From: Kudoa neothunni
Taxonomy: Eukaryota; Animalia; Cnidaria
Assembly: GCA_964304625.1 (NCBI GenBank)
Contig: OZ199840.1
Span: forward strand, 5,569,200 to 5,633,199
Direction: 5' to 3'
Length of the DNA stretch: 64,000 nt
Shown: positions 13,979-28,490 of the stretch, piece by piece
Numbering within the stretch: the stretch's first letter is position 1
Layout of the letters: each line of letters begins with the position of its first letter
Position numbers and translations under genes: made by a program
Notes under the pieces: generated by a model
Told to the model about the DNA's origin: nothing
The model's input: the letters and a program-made list of their open reading frames with translations, nothing else
The model's database searches: none

Positions 13979-16306
13979 CCCCCTGAGGCAATGTTTCCTA
14001 ACGTGGGACGCGACACAATTTTGGTGAGACACGGTTAATAGTGCGATAATTCGGTAGTCTGGCGAACTTTAAGTCAATATCGCTTATTTGTAAATTACAA
14101 TTAATATCAGAGAATCTATTAAAAGAAATGACTAATTATATGGAAATTAATAATAAAATTTAAAGTGTCCTTCACCCGAATAAAATCAAAATAGTTTGAT
14201 CTCATTCCTGTCTCCATTGGAATCATATATCCCCTTTTTGATTTAATCGAATATAATATCGGTTAGTTTACAATGTTGACTATTGATTTTCACGTAATGC
14301 TGTTTTTGACTGAATGAAGAACTAAATATGTTAATTTTTAAGGTCCATCGATAAATTCAGTTAGATCTTATCGAACAAATTTTAACGTGATAGGGAGCTT
14401 TATTCAAAGTTGTGAACAGTTTAAGTTAAAAAATTAATACTTTTGAAAAAGGTGATGCATGAAACTTTTTAAGAAAAAGTGGGCGCGGCAGAATAAAGAT
14501 GGGAAACACTGTTCTAAGCTAAGGTCAGCGAAAACGACAACCCTCCAAAGAATTTTGGGGTCTAAAAGACCCCAGTTTTTTATTTAATGAATTAACATAA
14601 TAAATATAGATATATCATGTTATTCAGTTTAAAAAATTTATGCCGACTAAATTTGAAGGAAAGAGCCGAACATTTCTGTAATTAATCCATCATAATCTCC
14701 TTGGTACTATGCTTGGTTAGATCGCAAGTAGGTAGGCCTTCAAAAAATCGAGGAGATTAAGTTAATGTATTATCAAGATTGTGTGATTCGTCCTGTTAAT
14801 TTACTTCCTTTTCAAAAGTTTTTCTCCTTTTTGTTCTTACCACACAAAATTACATTATGAAATTAAATTCAGATCAAAAATAATTAACCTATAAACTAGA
14901 AATAAATCTTAAGTAGAGTATATTCGGATTCACGTGGAATCTGCATGTTGTTGATAAATCCATCAAAAAATATCATTTCTCTATAATTTTAACGAATTAG
15001 AAGTCGTCAATATTTCACTGAATTTTTCTTATTTGTATCTGTTAGTAATACGTTTGTAAATGTTCAATCTTGACTTCCTATTTTAAAAAACAGAACATTC
15101 TGATTAATTCTATTCAAAATTAGAACCAAGATGTTTCAATTTAACTATATTGTAACTTAATGTGATGTTTAGTTTATTAAGTTATATTTCTATTTATATA
15201 CATTAAGAAATTGGAAACAAAAATATTCAATATTTATTATATAATTAGAATTAACTTTAAAGCAGAGCAATCGTCGCAAATCCCAAAACGCCGATTTCTA
15301 AGTATTTTAAGTAAAATCAAATATGGAAGTTAATAAGTCAAAAGCATTTTTTTACTTTTTGTCTCAACAATATATAAATGATGTAAAACAAACCTCTGCT
15401 ACATAATCTTAAGTTTTTGATAAATAAACAATTCAAGTGAATTGACTAAATGATTAAGATTTTTTAGTAAAAATATTCAATTTAATATTCTAAATTATTG
15501 TTCAAGAGCATATTGTTACGCCGTACAAATAATGCCGCGCGACCGTCTGTGTCAGCACAAAAAATGAGTGAAACTGGTGAGTGCCTTATTGAATCTTAAT
15601 GTATAGGAATAGGAAGCGAATTTGGAGGAACTTCCAATGAATCGGTGGAATATGGAAATATTGAAGACTCAATAATCAGTAAAAGTGGTGTGTGTTATAG
15701 TAGACCGATAACATCAAGAATCGGTTCGGAAAATACCATTATAAGACGCCTGGCGCTATTTCCTATTGTACTCAGCTCAGCACGTTAAAAGCATGTTAGA
15801 TTGCTTTTCGTCTTTTCCACAAACAATTTGTGTATAAATAATCAAATATATCAATTCAAATAGGACCGAATTTAATTATTAAATATATTCGGATAGATTA
15901 TATTTATTTTTTACGATTCAATAAATTTATTTTAGTTAACGGTCACGTGCGAATAATTAAATCCCTACGAAAAATAGACACTAATTCATTAAGTTCATTG
16001 AATATTTCTATATCTCTATGTGATGAAATTGAATAATACTTGTAAAGCTACATTTTTATTTATTTTTAAAGTATATTGGCCATACAAAGTATTGAGGTCC
16101 ATTGGACTCAAAACGTCCGTAGAGGATACCTTTTTCCTACACCTAGTTTTTATTCAAACAGCTTAAAATTTTCAGCAAATGAACAATATTGAAATTTAGG
16201 AGATTAGACAGAATTTAACTTATTTCTAATTATCACATACATAATACTGGGTAAATTAATTATGGATTGGGGTCCAAAAGATCCCAACGCCCTTAGCCTT
16301 AGCGGG
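13979..16306. mobile_element. piggyBac-like non-autonomous element hosting a hAT insertion
   Basis: Right end reverse-complements to ttat-CCCGCTAAGGCTAAGGGC. Left end reconstitutes to ttat-CCCCCTGAGG[hAT]...CTAAGG. GGGGTC..GA(C/T)CCC subterminal palindromes at about 14557 and 16269. Confidence 0.6.
13989..14511. mobile_element. hAT-type MITE
   Basis: TIRs CAATGTTTCCTAAC and GATGGGAAACACTG fit the CAGTGTTTCCCAA hAT consensus. Putative 8-bp TSD is decayed (ccctgagg / ttctaagc). Confidence 0.65.
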
Positions 16307-17063
16307 ATAAAATTTAAATTTTGCCCTCGTTTCCAACAAATAAAAATGAAATCTACATGATTTGGACAAAAAATGTGTATTTTCGGTTAGTCACGCGATA
16401 TAATAGATTGGTAATTTTTTAATTCAATCTAAATATATATGGACGACTATTACCTTTTTAAAATCATAAAAATATTGTTAAACGTATCACCTAATATAAA
16501 CTTTGAATACGTCTTATTGATGAAAGTGCGTACTATCGGCCACCAACTGTAGCTTGAAAACTTTACGTGGCCGTGATACAAACGAATAGGATTTTTATTT
16601 TTTCCTGTAATTTAATGATAATGATTGCAAATTTGTTTTGTGGGAATTTTAATTTTATAAATAGTTATAACTAATTATTTTTACATAATACATTGTCTTC
16701 AGCCCGCAAATAAAGAATATGAGCATGCAAGAATTAATAAACTTCAACCCCAAATATTCATTCTCATGTCTCATACAAAGATCGATAGTTCGTACTATTT
16801 ACCATAAGCAGTTCTTGTTTTAATAACATTACAAAACCAATAATTTCTCCCAAACACAATATAATACACCATAGAAAAATGATATTCTGAACCAATTTCG
16901 AAGAATTAATGAATGCGAAATATATATGATTGAATGTAAATTCAAACGTTTCATTGGAATTCGGATTGAGCCGCGCAATAAAACAATTTCATCTATTAAT
17001 AGAAACAAAGATAATATTCCAAAAACAGCAATATCTTAATCTACTATGAAAAAAGGATAAAAA

Positions 17064-18964
17064 TTAGTTATTGCTATTCATATAATCCTAAATAAAATAT
17101 TTGGTGAAACTGGTGCAACCACAAAAGATTACGGTGTACATATCGCTGATCTTTTCATAAGCGGACGAACCAAGATTTGTCAATTTTTCGGTTACGTTAG
17201 ATAATAGGCTGTTTTCTAAGAATACGAAGCATATAACGGAAAAAACTCTAATTTAAAAAAGACCTCGTGAAGTAGGACCTTTTCTGCTGCTTGATGGACT
17301 CGCTAAATCCTTACTAGGCATGTTTGATGCGGTTTTAATAAAATCTAATGTTTGTTGATTTATTTTCGACTTGGTTGATTGATCCAACGATGAACTAGTT
17401 GCATTCTGAACATAGTCTGATCGTTGATGACTATTTGAATGATTAAATATGTTCGAAAATGCGTTCAAACAATCGACAAAAGATGAAACTCACTAAGAAT
17501 AAGAACCGAATGCATCATTCATTTCATCAATCTCATTCGTATATCTTTAATGAAAAATCAAACGAATCAATAAATAAAGATGGCGCATCCAAAAAATACG
17601 AAGAATGAACGTTTGATAACGACTGGATATTTTGTGAGGTGAGGTGATCGTTTCGTTGGACTTTGGAGAGTTGTTGAGGTTGGTGTCGTTCATCAAAAGG
17701 AACAAATTCCACGGTGATTTCATCATCCTTTCTGTTGATCGGACGGCGTGGTTTGCTAAAAACGAAACAAATAAAATCAACCAAATTCGATGTATTGTCG
17801 ACATAGTGGAGCAATCAATACAATTCTATAAAACAACAATACAATGAACACTCACTTAACTAACGAGTCGGACGCAATACCAAGACGTTCTTTGATAGTT
17901 GGATCAACGTTTGTTGTTTTTTTTATCGGTGCAGTGGATGGTTGTGAAGGCTTTTTGGGGCAATCTACCGAAGATGATATAGCACTGGTTGATTGGACAG
18001 TGGCTTTCTCATTGGTTGGGGGTGTTGGTTGATGGGATTCCTTTTGAACTGGTCTAGGTGAAGCACTTTCAGCTATTTTTGTCAACTCTTCAAGATTCAC
18101 TCGCTTAGCACCAAGCTAATTGAATCGCATAAACTCTTTTCCTACAACATAAGAAAACCACTACTTTGTGATTTTTCCTAGTGGCTGACGCGTGAGTGGG
18201 TTTTAAAGCATTTCTACTCATAGAAGCCAACAATCCATTTGACTGATTTTGATCTAAATTTAAGGCAGGATAATCCATAATAGCTGTGGCTCTAATAAAT
18301 CTTTACCAGCTATTGTCGCTGGCATGTTGGAAACGGTTAAATTTTTCCCCACCTGAGGATTCAAATTAATTTCGGGTAATGATGCACTTGGATCGTTCGA
18401 CAATGTGTTGTGATAATCTGTGGCTGTATTCAACATTAATGATCTGTACCGTTTGGCAAATTCATTGTTGTATTTTGTGGGGAGATCTTTGCTGAGAATT
18501 CGATGTTTGGTCCAATATTGTCTCTACAGTACAACACCATGAGAGAATATTTCAATGGTGTTATGCAATCTATACTGCTCGATTGTTCCCTCCAACCTGC
18601 ATTGTTCTAAGATGTTTCCATGTCCAACTTGTGTCAAGATTAGTGGACCTTTTCGATGGTAACATAAAAAGTAGCACATCGAGAAAGACTAATACTTAAT
18701 AAAACTGGTGCTAACTCCCAATGAACGATGACTTCCTGAACAATTTATACATAAAAACACTCCATTATTAACTGATGCCCACGTAGCATTGTTATCACCA
18801 CAATCGAAACAGTTCTAAATACAAAGACACCATATAGAATATCGATTGCGACTGTTTAAATAGAGAAAATAATTTTATTAAAAATCTGCTACTTTATTAT
18901 GATTGTGATTAGTTTCTTTGGCGAGGAGATTTTCCAACAACCCTGAGGGAACTATCTCATCCAT
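17064..18964 (-). CDS. ARFGAP2/3: ADP-ribosylation factor GTPase-activating protein, ArfGAP2/3 (Glo3) type
   Basis: ATG at 18964. Zinc finger CFDC-x16[12 protein letters not shown]; [25 protein letters not shown] matches the Glo3-type signature; also LGAKRV and ERLGI motifs. Last exon DYMNSNN-stop. Confidence 0.85.
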
Positions 18965-20032
18965 TTTATGCTAACGGATATCTTCGGAGTAAACGAAGGT
19001 TTTGTATATAGTGGTATATTTTATTGTTTATGGTGTTGATGATCGATAAAAAACACCCGAAGTTTACTTTTATTTTTATCCATCGATGTGGAGTGTTTTG
19101 ATATGTTTTTTTGTCATCCCTTCGTTTTTGATTAATTTTCGTTATTTTACGGATTTAAATTATTATTATTATTTCTTTATTGTTACGATGTGAAATAAGT
19201 TTATATATATAAATTAAGAAAGAAGAACGCAAAAATTGGATTAAATCCCTCATTTTGTTTTGGTTTGTTTATTTGAAGTATTTTATAGAATAATTTAAAA
19301 AATTGTTGATTTAAGATAATTATCTAAATAATTCAATGCGCTAAAAATACAGAATTATATTGTTGGTGTTTCTCATTTTAATTCACGCATGTGAATATAT
19401 TTACGAGTTTAATCTATTTTAAAAAATAATTGTATAACATAAAATTAGAATTGATACATATTCAATGACGCCGTATGAGGCTGATTTTTTATTAAAACGT
19501 TTGAGATTTGAGGTGGTGTTACAAGACATTTAATAAAATCGGTCATTGATATTGATCCGTACAAATTCTGATTTTCATGCTGCGCTTGCGTGGACATAAT
19601 ATATATAAGATTCATCCTTTTAATTTGTAGTTATAGGATATTTATGATGCTTAAATTTTAAAATTTATTATAATTCATTATTTTTACTCTATCGATATGT
19701 TCAGAGAAATCGAACATAATTTAAATAAAAATTATACACGGGATTAAATTATTAAGCACCTATAACACGACTATTAAAGATATTAAAAACATACGATATA
19801 ACATAAAATGATTTATTCAATTAACTTTCTTATGTATACACACAAATCTCGATTATTTTGAAAAGTTGAGGACCTCAATTTTCTGTCCAAAATCCTCTTT
19901 CTGTTTACTAGGTACAAACCTTGTCACAGCTCATTACTATTAACTATTGGGCTGTGAAGATCAAGCTGGTCAGATTCGCTCCATGACCGTCGTAGACAAT
20001 GCAGCGAGTAATTAACAGATGGCTCTACACTT

Positions 20033-20488
20033 CCCTTATCTTTCGGTTGTAGCATGGAAGTTTTACCCACTAAACATTCGTGTCTTAAGGTGACCACCTT
20101 TAACTTTTATGACACCGAATCTGACTGAGCACTAAAAGCAAGATTTTATTTTTTAACACCCCTCGAACTATTCAAACGCTTAATCTTACGATCCTTAGTG
20201 AATCAAACTGTGACTTCAGGTGTATTACACGTACAATGAGCGTACATTTTAACTACATCCTCCATTGAGGAATCATTATGGAATAGGACCGTAGAGCTCA
20301 TATACTGTATGTGACGTCATCATAGATAACGATTTTGATTGAATATCCGTATCATTATCGTTCATTCCGAATGGCGGGATCCCGGTTAATCGAAAGTCCT
20401 TATGGATAGGTTTGGGGTGGTGGTGGCGGCCCCGAAATGAGAATGTTTAGTGGGGTAAATTTCCACATTACCACTGAATAATATGGGG
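20033..20488. mobile_element. MITE-like element with ~47-bp imperfect inverted repeats
   Basis: GGAAGTTTTACCCACTAAACATTC (about 20055-20079) is inverted at 20441-20464, and the similarity extends outward. Confidence 0.5.
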
Positions 20489-20620
20489 CGAGGATATAAA
20501 TGTTACTTGTCCTGCAGTGCCTACGGCGTTAATGGGGGAGGCATCAATTTTGGCTCACATCTATATTTTTAATGTTAAATTTCCCATTAATTACCGGACT
20601 TTACTACAAAAATTGGATCT

Positions 20621-20895
20621 TTTAACAGCCAAAACCCGCATTTGTGACGTTCAAAATCGGATTCGCGATATGGGGGGTCTTATTAGAAATAAATCATGCC
20701 AAATAGTAAGCAAAATAAAACATTTTTGTCATCATCTCGTATCTCATATGTTGGAAGATGTGCTATGAATCTAAGAACAAACATATGTTAAAATATATAC
20801 ATAATACAGTTATAATGTTTCTCTAAGTTATTTAGAGCTTTCTTTTTAGGACAATCGGAGTTTGAATGTCACGAAATCCGGTTTTAGGTGTAAGA
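20621..20895. mobile_element. Small MITE-like element
   Basis: Imperfect ~43-bp inverted repeats: CCAAAACCCGCATTTGTGACGTTCAAAATCGGATT versus AATCGGAGTTTGAATGTCACGAAATCCGGTTTTAGG. Confidence 0.45.
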
Positions 20896-22608
20896 CCTGA
20901 TATGTAATATTTAATTAATCAAGGAAAGATTAAATTATTTATTACTTTAAATATTCAATTATTAATCATTATTTTCTTTTTTCGTGTGAATAGGTTTAAT
21001 TTTTATTTTTTCCGATATTTAAATCTAAATTTCTTCAATATTCTTTGTATTTTGTGACAATTAAAATAGCGTATGAACGTTGGGATCATGATCAATTTAT
21101 ATTTGATCTATTAGAAACCCATAAATAATTGGTATTTAAATTTATATATATAAAATAATAAAAAATATTATTGTAGGAATTATTATAATACGTTTAAAAT
21201 TAAATTGACTCGTGAAAATAATTAGTAATTTTTTAAATCCTAAATTTAAAAATTTTGAAATAATCAGAAGTACAATTGCATGTCTTAATCACCGAGGTTT
21301 CCATTGGGTAAATTATTTAGATCTAACAAAGTTTGGATATGACGGCTAACAGTTATATAATTTATAATTGTTTCTCATATGATAGCGCTTTCAATCAAAC
21401 TAGAAATAAGCCATCAATACTCAGGAAGTTTAAAGGTTTTTGAAAATGATATTTTACATTTCAAAAAGGAATAAGCTCTGCGCCATCTAACGACGTGACT
21501 AGATGAACACACTCATGGGCTGTTGTAAATAATCAATATGTATTTGTTTACATATTAAATTAGAGTTCTTTCTTATAATACATCCCTAGCTCATTCGCAC
21601 TCAGATGGCCTACCAAATTTTTTGTGGCGTATTCTAGTTAATTTATTAGCCAATAAGAAATAATAAGCCAGAGTATAACCTAATAGGTAACGAAATCATT
21701 ATTAATAATGAAATTAAATTATTTCATTCAATTTTTATCAGGTAAACTACATAAAATAGAGAAAATTTGATCAGTTCGATTTTAAGTGCTTCGTTGTTAT
21801 AGATTGGAAATAACATTTCGAGAAATAATTTCTAGTTGGCTATCAGTCCTTCGTCCCAGTAAGAACGGCTTGTAACGATTTTTTTTCTTAACCAAATACG
21901 TGGCTATTGGAATTACCAAAATCAGCATGACCGTAATAAAACTAAAGATGGTTGGTTAGTAAAATACACCTCATGGAAAATATTTATATAATTACACTAG
22001 TGCCACAACTATTATCGATCTACTATACAAAATAATTTAATATGCAACAAGAAAGATATGGAAATAATGATACGCTGATTTATCTTTCGTCTCGCTCGAA
22101 TCTAAAAATGAGAATAATTATATTTTCATTGGGAGATTACCATCAATTACCATTGGTTTCGGCACTGTATTTTTCGTTTCCGAATATTTTGGTATCAATT
22201 TCCGGAGGTAGTTTGTATTTGGTAGGATATTTAGATTCTATTCAATTAAATTAGAGACAGAAACTCTAATCTAAGTATAAACAAATCTACCGTAATGATA
22301 AATCATTTGATCATACAGTGGAGTACGATCAAACATTTTTTCATAAACGTTGACGATATTGAGTGCGTTGCTACAATCACCTATTGGAAGAGATGAGAAT
22401 TACATGACTGTTTCCATGTGAGACTCCAAAGTTTTTAGGTAGACGTAAAATTTGCTTTCGTCTCAATACTTGTTGACTCAAGAAATAGAAATCATAACTT
22501 GCTATATACAAAATGAATCTCAAATGAAAGTGTTGTTTTTAAATATATATTTCAAGTATTATTGATTTAATTGATTTTAATGTATTGCAATCGTCCTAAA
22601 ATTAGTCC

Positions 22609-25450
22609 TCATCCAACTGATTTGGAGCCCCCTAATCCAAATAGATGAATAATACTTTCAGTACAGTCTTGATCATCTAAAATCATTTTATGGAACAGTT
22701 AATAAGTGTTGAAAAAAGGAATACATACTTAACGAATTGGCCATATCATTTACAACCTCTTCAAATGAATCGCTTTTATCAGTGCCTCTTTATAAAATTT
22801 ACACACCGCTTACTAAAATTATTCTTACAAGGGATGAGCTCGATTGTCTTTTTCTTCCATTTCTATAGTGTAGTTTAATACAGTTTGAAATTCCATGATT
22901 CAGATGGACACAATTTACTTATATCCCATAAAGCATTTTCCATAGAGTGTTCGCTTCGGAAAATCACATTACGATGAGCTTCTAGATCTTCATCTTCAGA
23001 TAAATTGTTCTCAAGGCTCTTATGATATTTGAAATAATCTAAAGCTTTAGATTGTTCAATGTGACCTATGTAGTTGTATAAGGGTTTATTGGTTGTCACA
23101 AAGTTTGTGTGATTAATATCTATGGTGGGATTTGTTCCCAAGTTCACGTCGGCCAAATACATGCCAACATCAACACGCAATGAGTCTAAAAAATCGCATA
23201 TAAAATATTATTTATTCATATGTTAAAAGTTGTTACCAGGATTATTTAATTGGAATATGCCGTAATTTTTGGTGTAATGGATAATTTTTATCGCGATCAA
23301 CAGTTTGGATTGTTCTCTGAGGTGCTCCCGGTTCAAAACAATACTTCTGCATGGCAACACACAAAATATAGTGTTATTGCATATTCTATAAAAGTTGTAT
23401 CTATTTATAGATTGCACCTTCCGGAAAATGAAAAAAATGCATTTCATTCCTATCATATCGTTGACGTTTGAAACGGGGTTGAACACCAACATTGAACGAT
23501 CGGGAGAAATGCCAACGGTAGCCAACTGAAATTCTAATTGACCTAAAAGTTATATTATAATAATATTTCCACTGGATTGTGGATGAATAAAGAATTTAAT
23601 TAGTTAATCAACTCACTTGGCATTCTGACCGGTTCGAGTGAAGTAAATGTGACAAAAGCTTCTGCAGCGACTACTCTGAAGTAATAGTCCGTATTTGGCT
23701 TCAGATGATGCACCTCAAATGAGGAGAAGCATGATTTCAAACAATAATCCATTCCATGACTACAGAAGGCGGGGACAAAATTCATGTGAGGATGAGTGGA
23801 TATCATGAGTTTGCATAATACTCTTTTTCGAAATTTCCCCAAGTACGTTTTAATTCGATTATTAAGTACATTTATGTCATCCGGTGACACATTCACCACA
23901 TCATTTCCTGCAGTGATAGTGTATGAGTGTTGAATCCCATCTAAATTAGATAAAATATATTTTACCGTTAGATGTGCAAATAGTTTGTTTTAAAAACACT
24001 AAACATTGAAAGTCTTAATTGATGGAATAGATAAAATGTAATAGAAGAAGGTCTACCCGATGTAAATTCACTCTCATAGCGATCCTCGTCATCACCCAAT
24101 TTGGATAATATTCTATAACGCGTAGCTGCACCAAACCCATACAGTAATATTCGACTTAAATTTTTGCCAATAGTCTTATGTTTGAAGCCCGCTGAGTTGT
24201 ATTCTATTGGCTTGACCAATGTCTCAATGTAATTGAGAGTTCTGTTGAATTCGTTTAGATTGATCACATAATCTCCCAGGTAGTTAATATGAGAATTCAA
24301 CATGGCATGTTCATTCGCTAGAAAAATTCAATTTTGAAGAATAATCAATATTACTCAATATTTTTCGTTTGTAACTGAATCCATAGTCATTAGAGGTAAT
24401 TGTAATATAGGTATTGTCGATGCTAGGCAAAACTATTGACGAAATATCATCACACATATTGACACATTGGTGACCGCTGCAGGCATCTTTAATGATAGAA
24501 CTGTCGACTTTATTAGAGGTTGTAAACTCGTAACTACACATCACACTTTTGTCATCGTATAGATTGGTCAATGTGTAGATATTCGAGTTTTTGGGTGACA
24601 ATATCGAGGCAACTTTTCCAGTGTAATTGGATCGATGAAACTCCTCGCTGTTGGGATAATAATAGAATAAAGGGTGATACTGCGAGAATCTCAGTTTGTA
24701 GCAGATGCCGTTGTATAAATTTTTCAGTGGAAGGTCCATACGAGCTAGACCATAGCTAATGTCTTTGGATGTATTTTCAAAATAGTCGTTTATCAAAACA
24801 GATCCCTCATTAAGCAAACTTGCCTTCGCAATTTCACCCCCTCTCATCACTAACGGATAGTGAATGGAGTAGGTAGTTTTGCCCGATGTGACAAAAGGCA
24901 ACAATTTCAGGCGAGTAACGTCTATTATAGTCGATTATTTCGATACATATTTAAATTTGTTCTACCTACCGTTTTCTATTTTGTAGACATTTTGTTTGCC
25001 GTTTTGGTTCACTTTTAGGTACACATACTTAAAGTAGTAACGAAATGGTAGGCTCAATTTGGATGTTGGACAATCCCCACTACAAGGAAATCTCCCTCGC
25101 TCGTTGACACAATGATCTATAGTGTTATCCTGATTTTTTTCATCAACCAGTATCACCTCGTAATGACAGTTTGTGTTGGAAGCAATACCCTCAAACCACA
25201 CGTACTTAACCACTTCCACACCAACCAGTTTGTTCTGATACAAAACTTTCACCGCTAAATCGCAGCCATTAAACATATTCCACCAAATAAAGTCTATAAG
25301 TTACATTTTCCAAGTTCAAAAGTTAAAATCAGCACTAACAGTACTCGAATGTTGGAAAGCATTTTGCTATCACAACCAGCAACAATAATACCCAGATTTA
25401 AACACAAAATAAGCTTCTTTCCTTTATTTGTTTGGTCGATGACATTCAAC
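22609..25450 (-). CDS. Large, probably secreted Cys-containing protein with fibronectin type III-like segment(s)
   Basis: Chain of long minus-strand exons (ORFs from 24962-25276 down to 22875-23180). N-terminal hydrophobic stretch LILCLNLGLLLLLVVIAKC. FN3-like motif VHHLKPNTDYYFRVVA. Ends approximate. Confidence 0.6.
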
Positions 25451-25802
25451 TTTTATATTTCAACAAAAATGGAAGTTTATTTTCACAGCTGAGCCTATTT
25501 ATATGATTTTTACTAACTAAGAAATCTATAAAATTGTTTTATTAATTGATTTTGTAAATAATTTCGAAAATCGAAGGAAAAACATGGGTGACGACTTGGG
25601 GGTGTTGTCAATTCAAATGGGGTTTTCGGTGGAGATCAGATTAAGTCTGGTTGAATCTTACGAAAATTAAAACTTGTCTGAGTCCGACTATATAATAGGT
25701 CAATAAGTGAAACTTTTATTTTCAGAGTGTGATGTGAATTTCGTCATAATATGCTAATAATGTGCGTAAACAGCCGTGTTTTGTTTTCTTTATGCTGAGT
25801 AA

Positions 25803-25894
25803 TTTTAAAGGTAACTAAATCCGTGTTACCTTTAAAAGTCGTTAAAATTCAAATTTATTGATATTTCAGTTTCAACCTTATGATAAGGTTGAAA
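25803..25894. repeat. Two adjacent perfect inverted repeats
   Basis: 13-bp arms TTTTAAAGGTAAC with a 9-nt loop (25803-25837) and 12-bp arms TTTCAACCTTAT with a 1-nt spacer (25870-25894). Confidence 0.8.
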
Positions 25895-27236
25895 TTAGAA
25901 AATTAAGACGAAGGTTTAATATTCAAAAATATGAATTTTAAACATTGGAAATGATTTTATTTCGTCATCATAATCTAGGATTACTTTTCTGGACTAGCAT
26001 AACAAAAATTTTGTTTCAACTAGTTCAAATTGGACGTAAAATTGGTTTTTAACTTCATTAAATTTGTCTGTAATTTTCAAAAAATTATTTATAAAACCAG
26101 ATAATGAAAAAACAATTTTTCTTAAAATAAATAAAAATTAATTTTAGACTTCAATGAAAATCCACAAATAATGTACTCTCATTTAAATATTATTCAGTCG
26201 GTGTCGTAATAGTAGAAAATCTTAAATATGACCATATTTATATCAATTTGAATTAAAAATCAAAATAAAAAAAGAATAATTCATTAAATACATTATTATA
26301 TTCCTAATGTTACATCAGATGGTAAATACAAGTGTATTATGTATTAGAATAATAAATCATGATATCCATTTAAGTTAAACTATAATTTTACGAAAATTTA
26401 TACAGAACCACACATTATGAAATATTAACGTTATACAATTATGTTCATGTAATGTATCACATCTCGAATAATTGGTGTGATTAAATAAATTTGATATCTA
26501 TCATGAATCTTAGATTTAGTCATAAAAATTCAACATATAAAATCATACTTCAAAGAATAACTGACGCTCAATTCATCTGAAAATAAATTATTATCTAATA
26601 ATAAAATACGGTCAGTGACTGGATTTACGATTTTCTTTATAAATCAATGAAATTTGAATAGTCTAATGTAACATAAATATATATTTTTTCAATATATACA
26701 TTTACTAAAGAATTTAGATCTAAATAATATATCAAGTATATTAAGTGGGGGGGAATTTCTACCATTCTTATCACGTGATCAGCAAATTTTACACGTTTTT
26801 TCTCGTCAATACCATGAAAAAAATGAACGAATTAATTTTAATAATGTACGAAATTAAATAAAATCATACGAAAAATGAATACAATTAAAATTTAATCATA
26901 TGTTTTTAAATTATTCCCCGAAGATGTGCCAAATCTGATATTTTAAAGCTTTAAAATATATCCAACCTTGTAATGACAAAAATCGAAATTACAATTGTTA
27001 AATTATTCTAAAAAGAACCATTAATTTTTTATAACTTGTTAGCTTATTGTAGAGATCAAAATAACTTATGAAATTTAGTCGAAAAATGATCGACCATACT
27101 CGCTAAGTTAAAAAATACAATGTAAATTATTTCAACTAATTTTTCTAGATAAAAAAACTGATTAATTTAATTTAAAGTAAATATGATTATATTTGGTCTC
27201 AGTTTATACAATTCAGTAATTAAATAGTTATGTATA

Positions 27237-27827
27237 CAGTGGGCAATCAAGTTTACACACTTATTGGTGCAAGCGCGCAATATATTTAATATCCCATATT
27301 TGGAATGTAAAAGATAAAATTGGCAACCTTCATATTGGTAAAATACGAATGAATTAAAGTCCTATTACAAACAAAAAATCGAGTGATAATTAGTTTCAAT
27401 TTCCAATTCTAAAAATAATCAAAGACGATCTAAATGTCTTTAATCGTTTGAGAAAATAATTTCTTTTTCGGAGAATGCCATTTGAGTTGTTATACTTGAT
27501 ATATTGAAATGTTTCGCAGTAGCTGTCTTGATGTTTTTTAACAGGAAATTTTTCAATTAATTATAATTTTTTAATTTTTTCGTATATTTACTTTTGTTTG
27601 TCGTTATGTTTTTAATTTGTCTGGGAATAATGGTGTATCAATGAATAGAGAGCCCAAAAATATTTGCGAAATCAGCCAGTCACGTGATATCGATTACATA
27701 TTTTGCATTACTTGCAACCAATTATTTGAACCAAAATTAACTTTAAGTTAAATATATATGTTTATATAAACATTAGAATTAGAATTAAATAATTTTATAA
27801 AAAGTGTGTAAAATCGATTACCGACTG
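27237..27827. mobile_element. Tc1/mariner-type MITE
   Basis: TA flanks on both sides. 26-bp TIRs CAGTGGGCAATCAAGTTTACACACTT versus CAGTCGGTAATCGATTTTACACACTT. Confidence 0.75.
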
Positions 27828-28490
27828 TATTATTATACGTGCGCGCTAATAAATGCGAAAAACTAGACGTTACCAATTTTCCACGCTTCTCCCTCGATCC
27901 CAAAAAGATTAACTATAACGGGTTATCTACTGTATAACCGTATTAAAACCAATTAATTTATTAATAAAAGAATGAATATTTTTATTTTTTATGTTAAACA
28001 TTCTTCAAAGCAATTAATAGAATGCATCAGACCTATTCTAACATTATAAAAATTGGAGTACAGATACATCAAACTTTATCAATTTGTAGCCATTAATTAA
28101 TATCTAGTCTGAGTTATTCATACATTTACGGATTCGACAGGTAATATTATTTCTCAAGAAATATCATTATTTTTGTGTTTGTTAAAATCCAAATATCAAT
28201 AAACTAAATGAGCTAACAAGTTTTCAGTCCATTTAAAGTCATGGAGATATAAAGTTAGGGACAATGGCTTAGATTTTGGTGCGGCTCAATGATTTTATTC
28301 GAATGACATGATCCTAAATAATTTGCGAAAGCTTTAAATAAGCAATTTAAATCTGAAGTAAATTAAGAAAGAAAATGAAGGATGAATGAAAAAAAATTTA
28401 ATAGATCAAAGTTCAATTTTGGTGTGATTAAAGTTCCAAAACTTAAAATATACAATGGATAAATAAGTAATGTCAGATGAGTGAAGCAGT

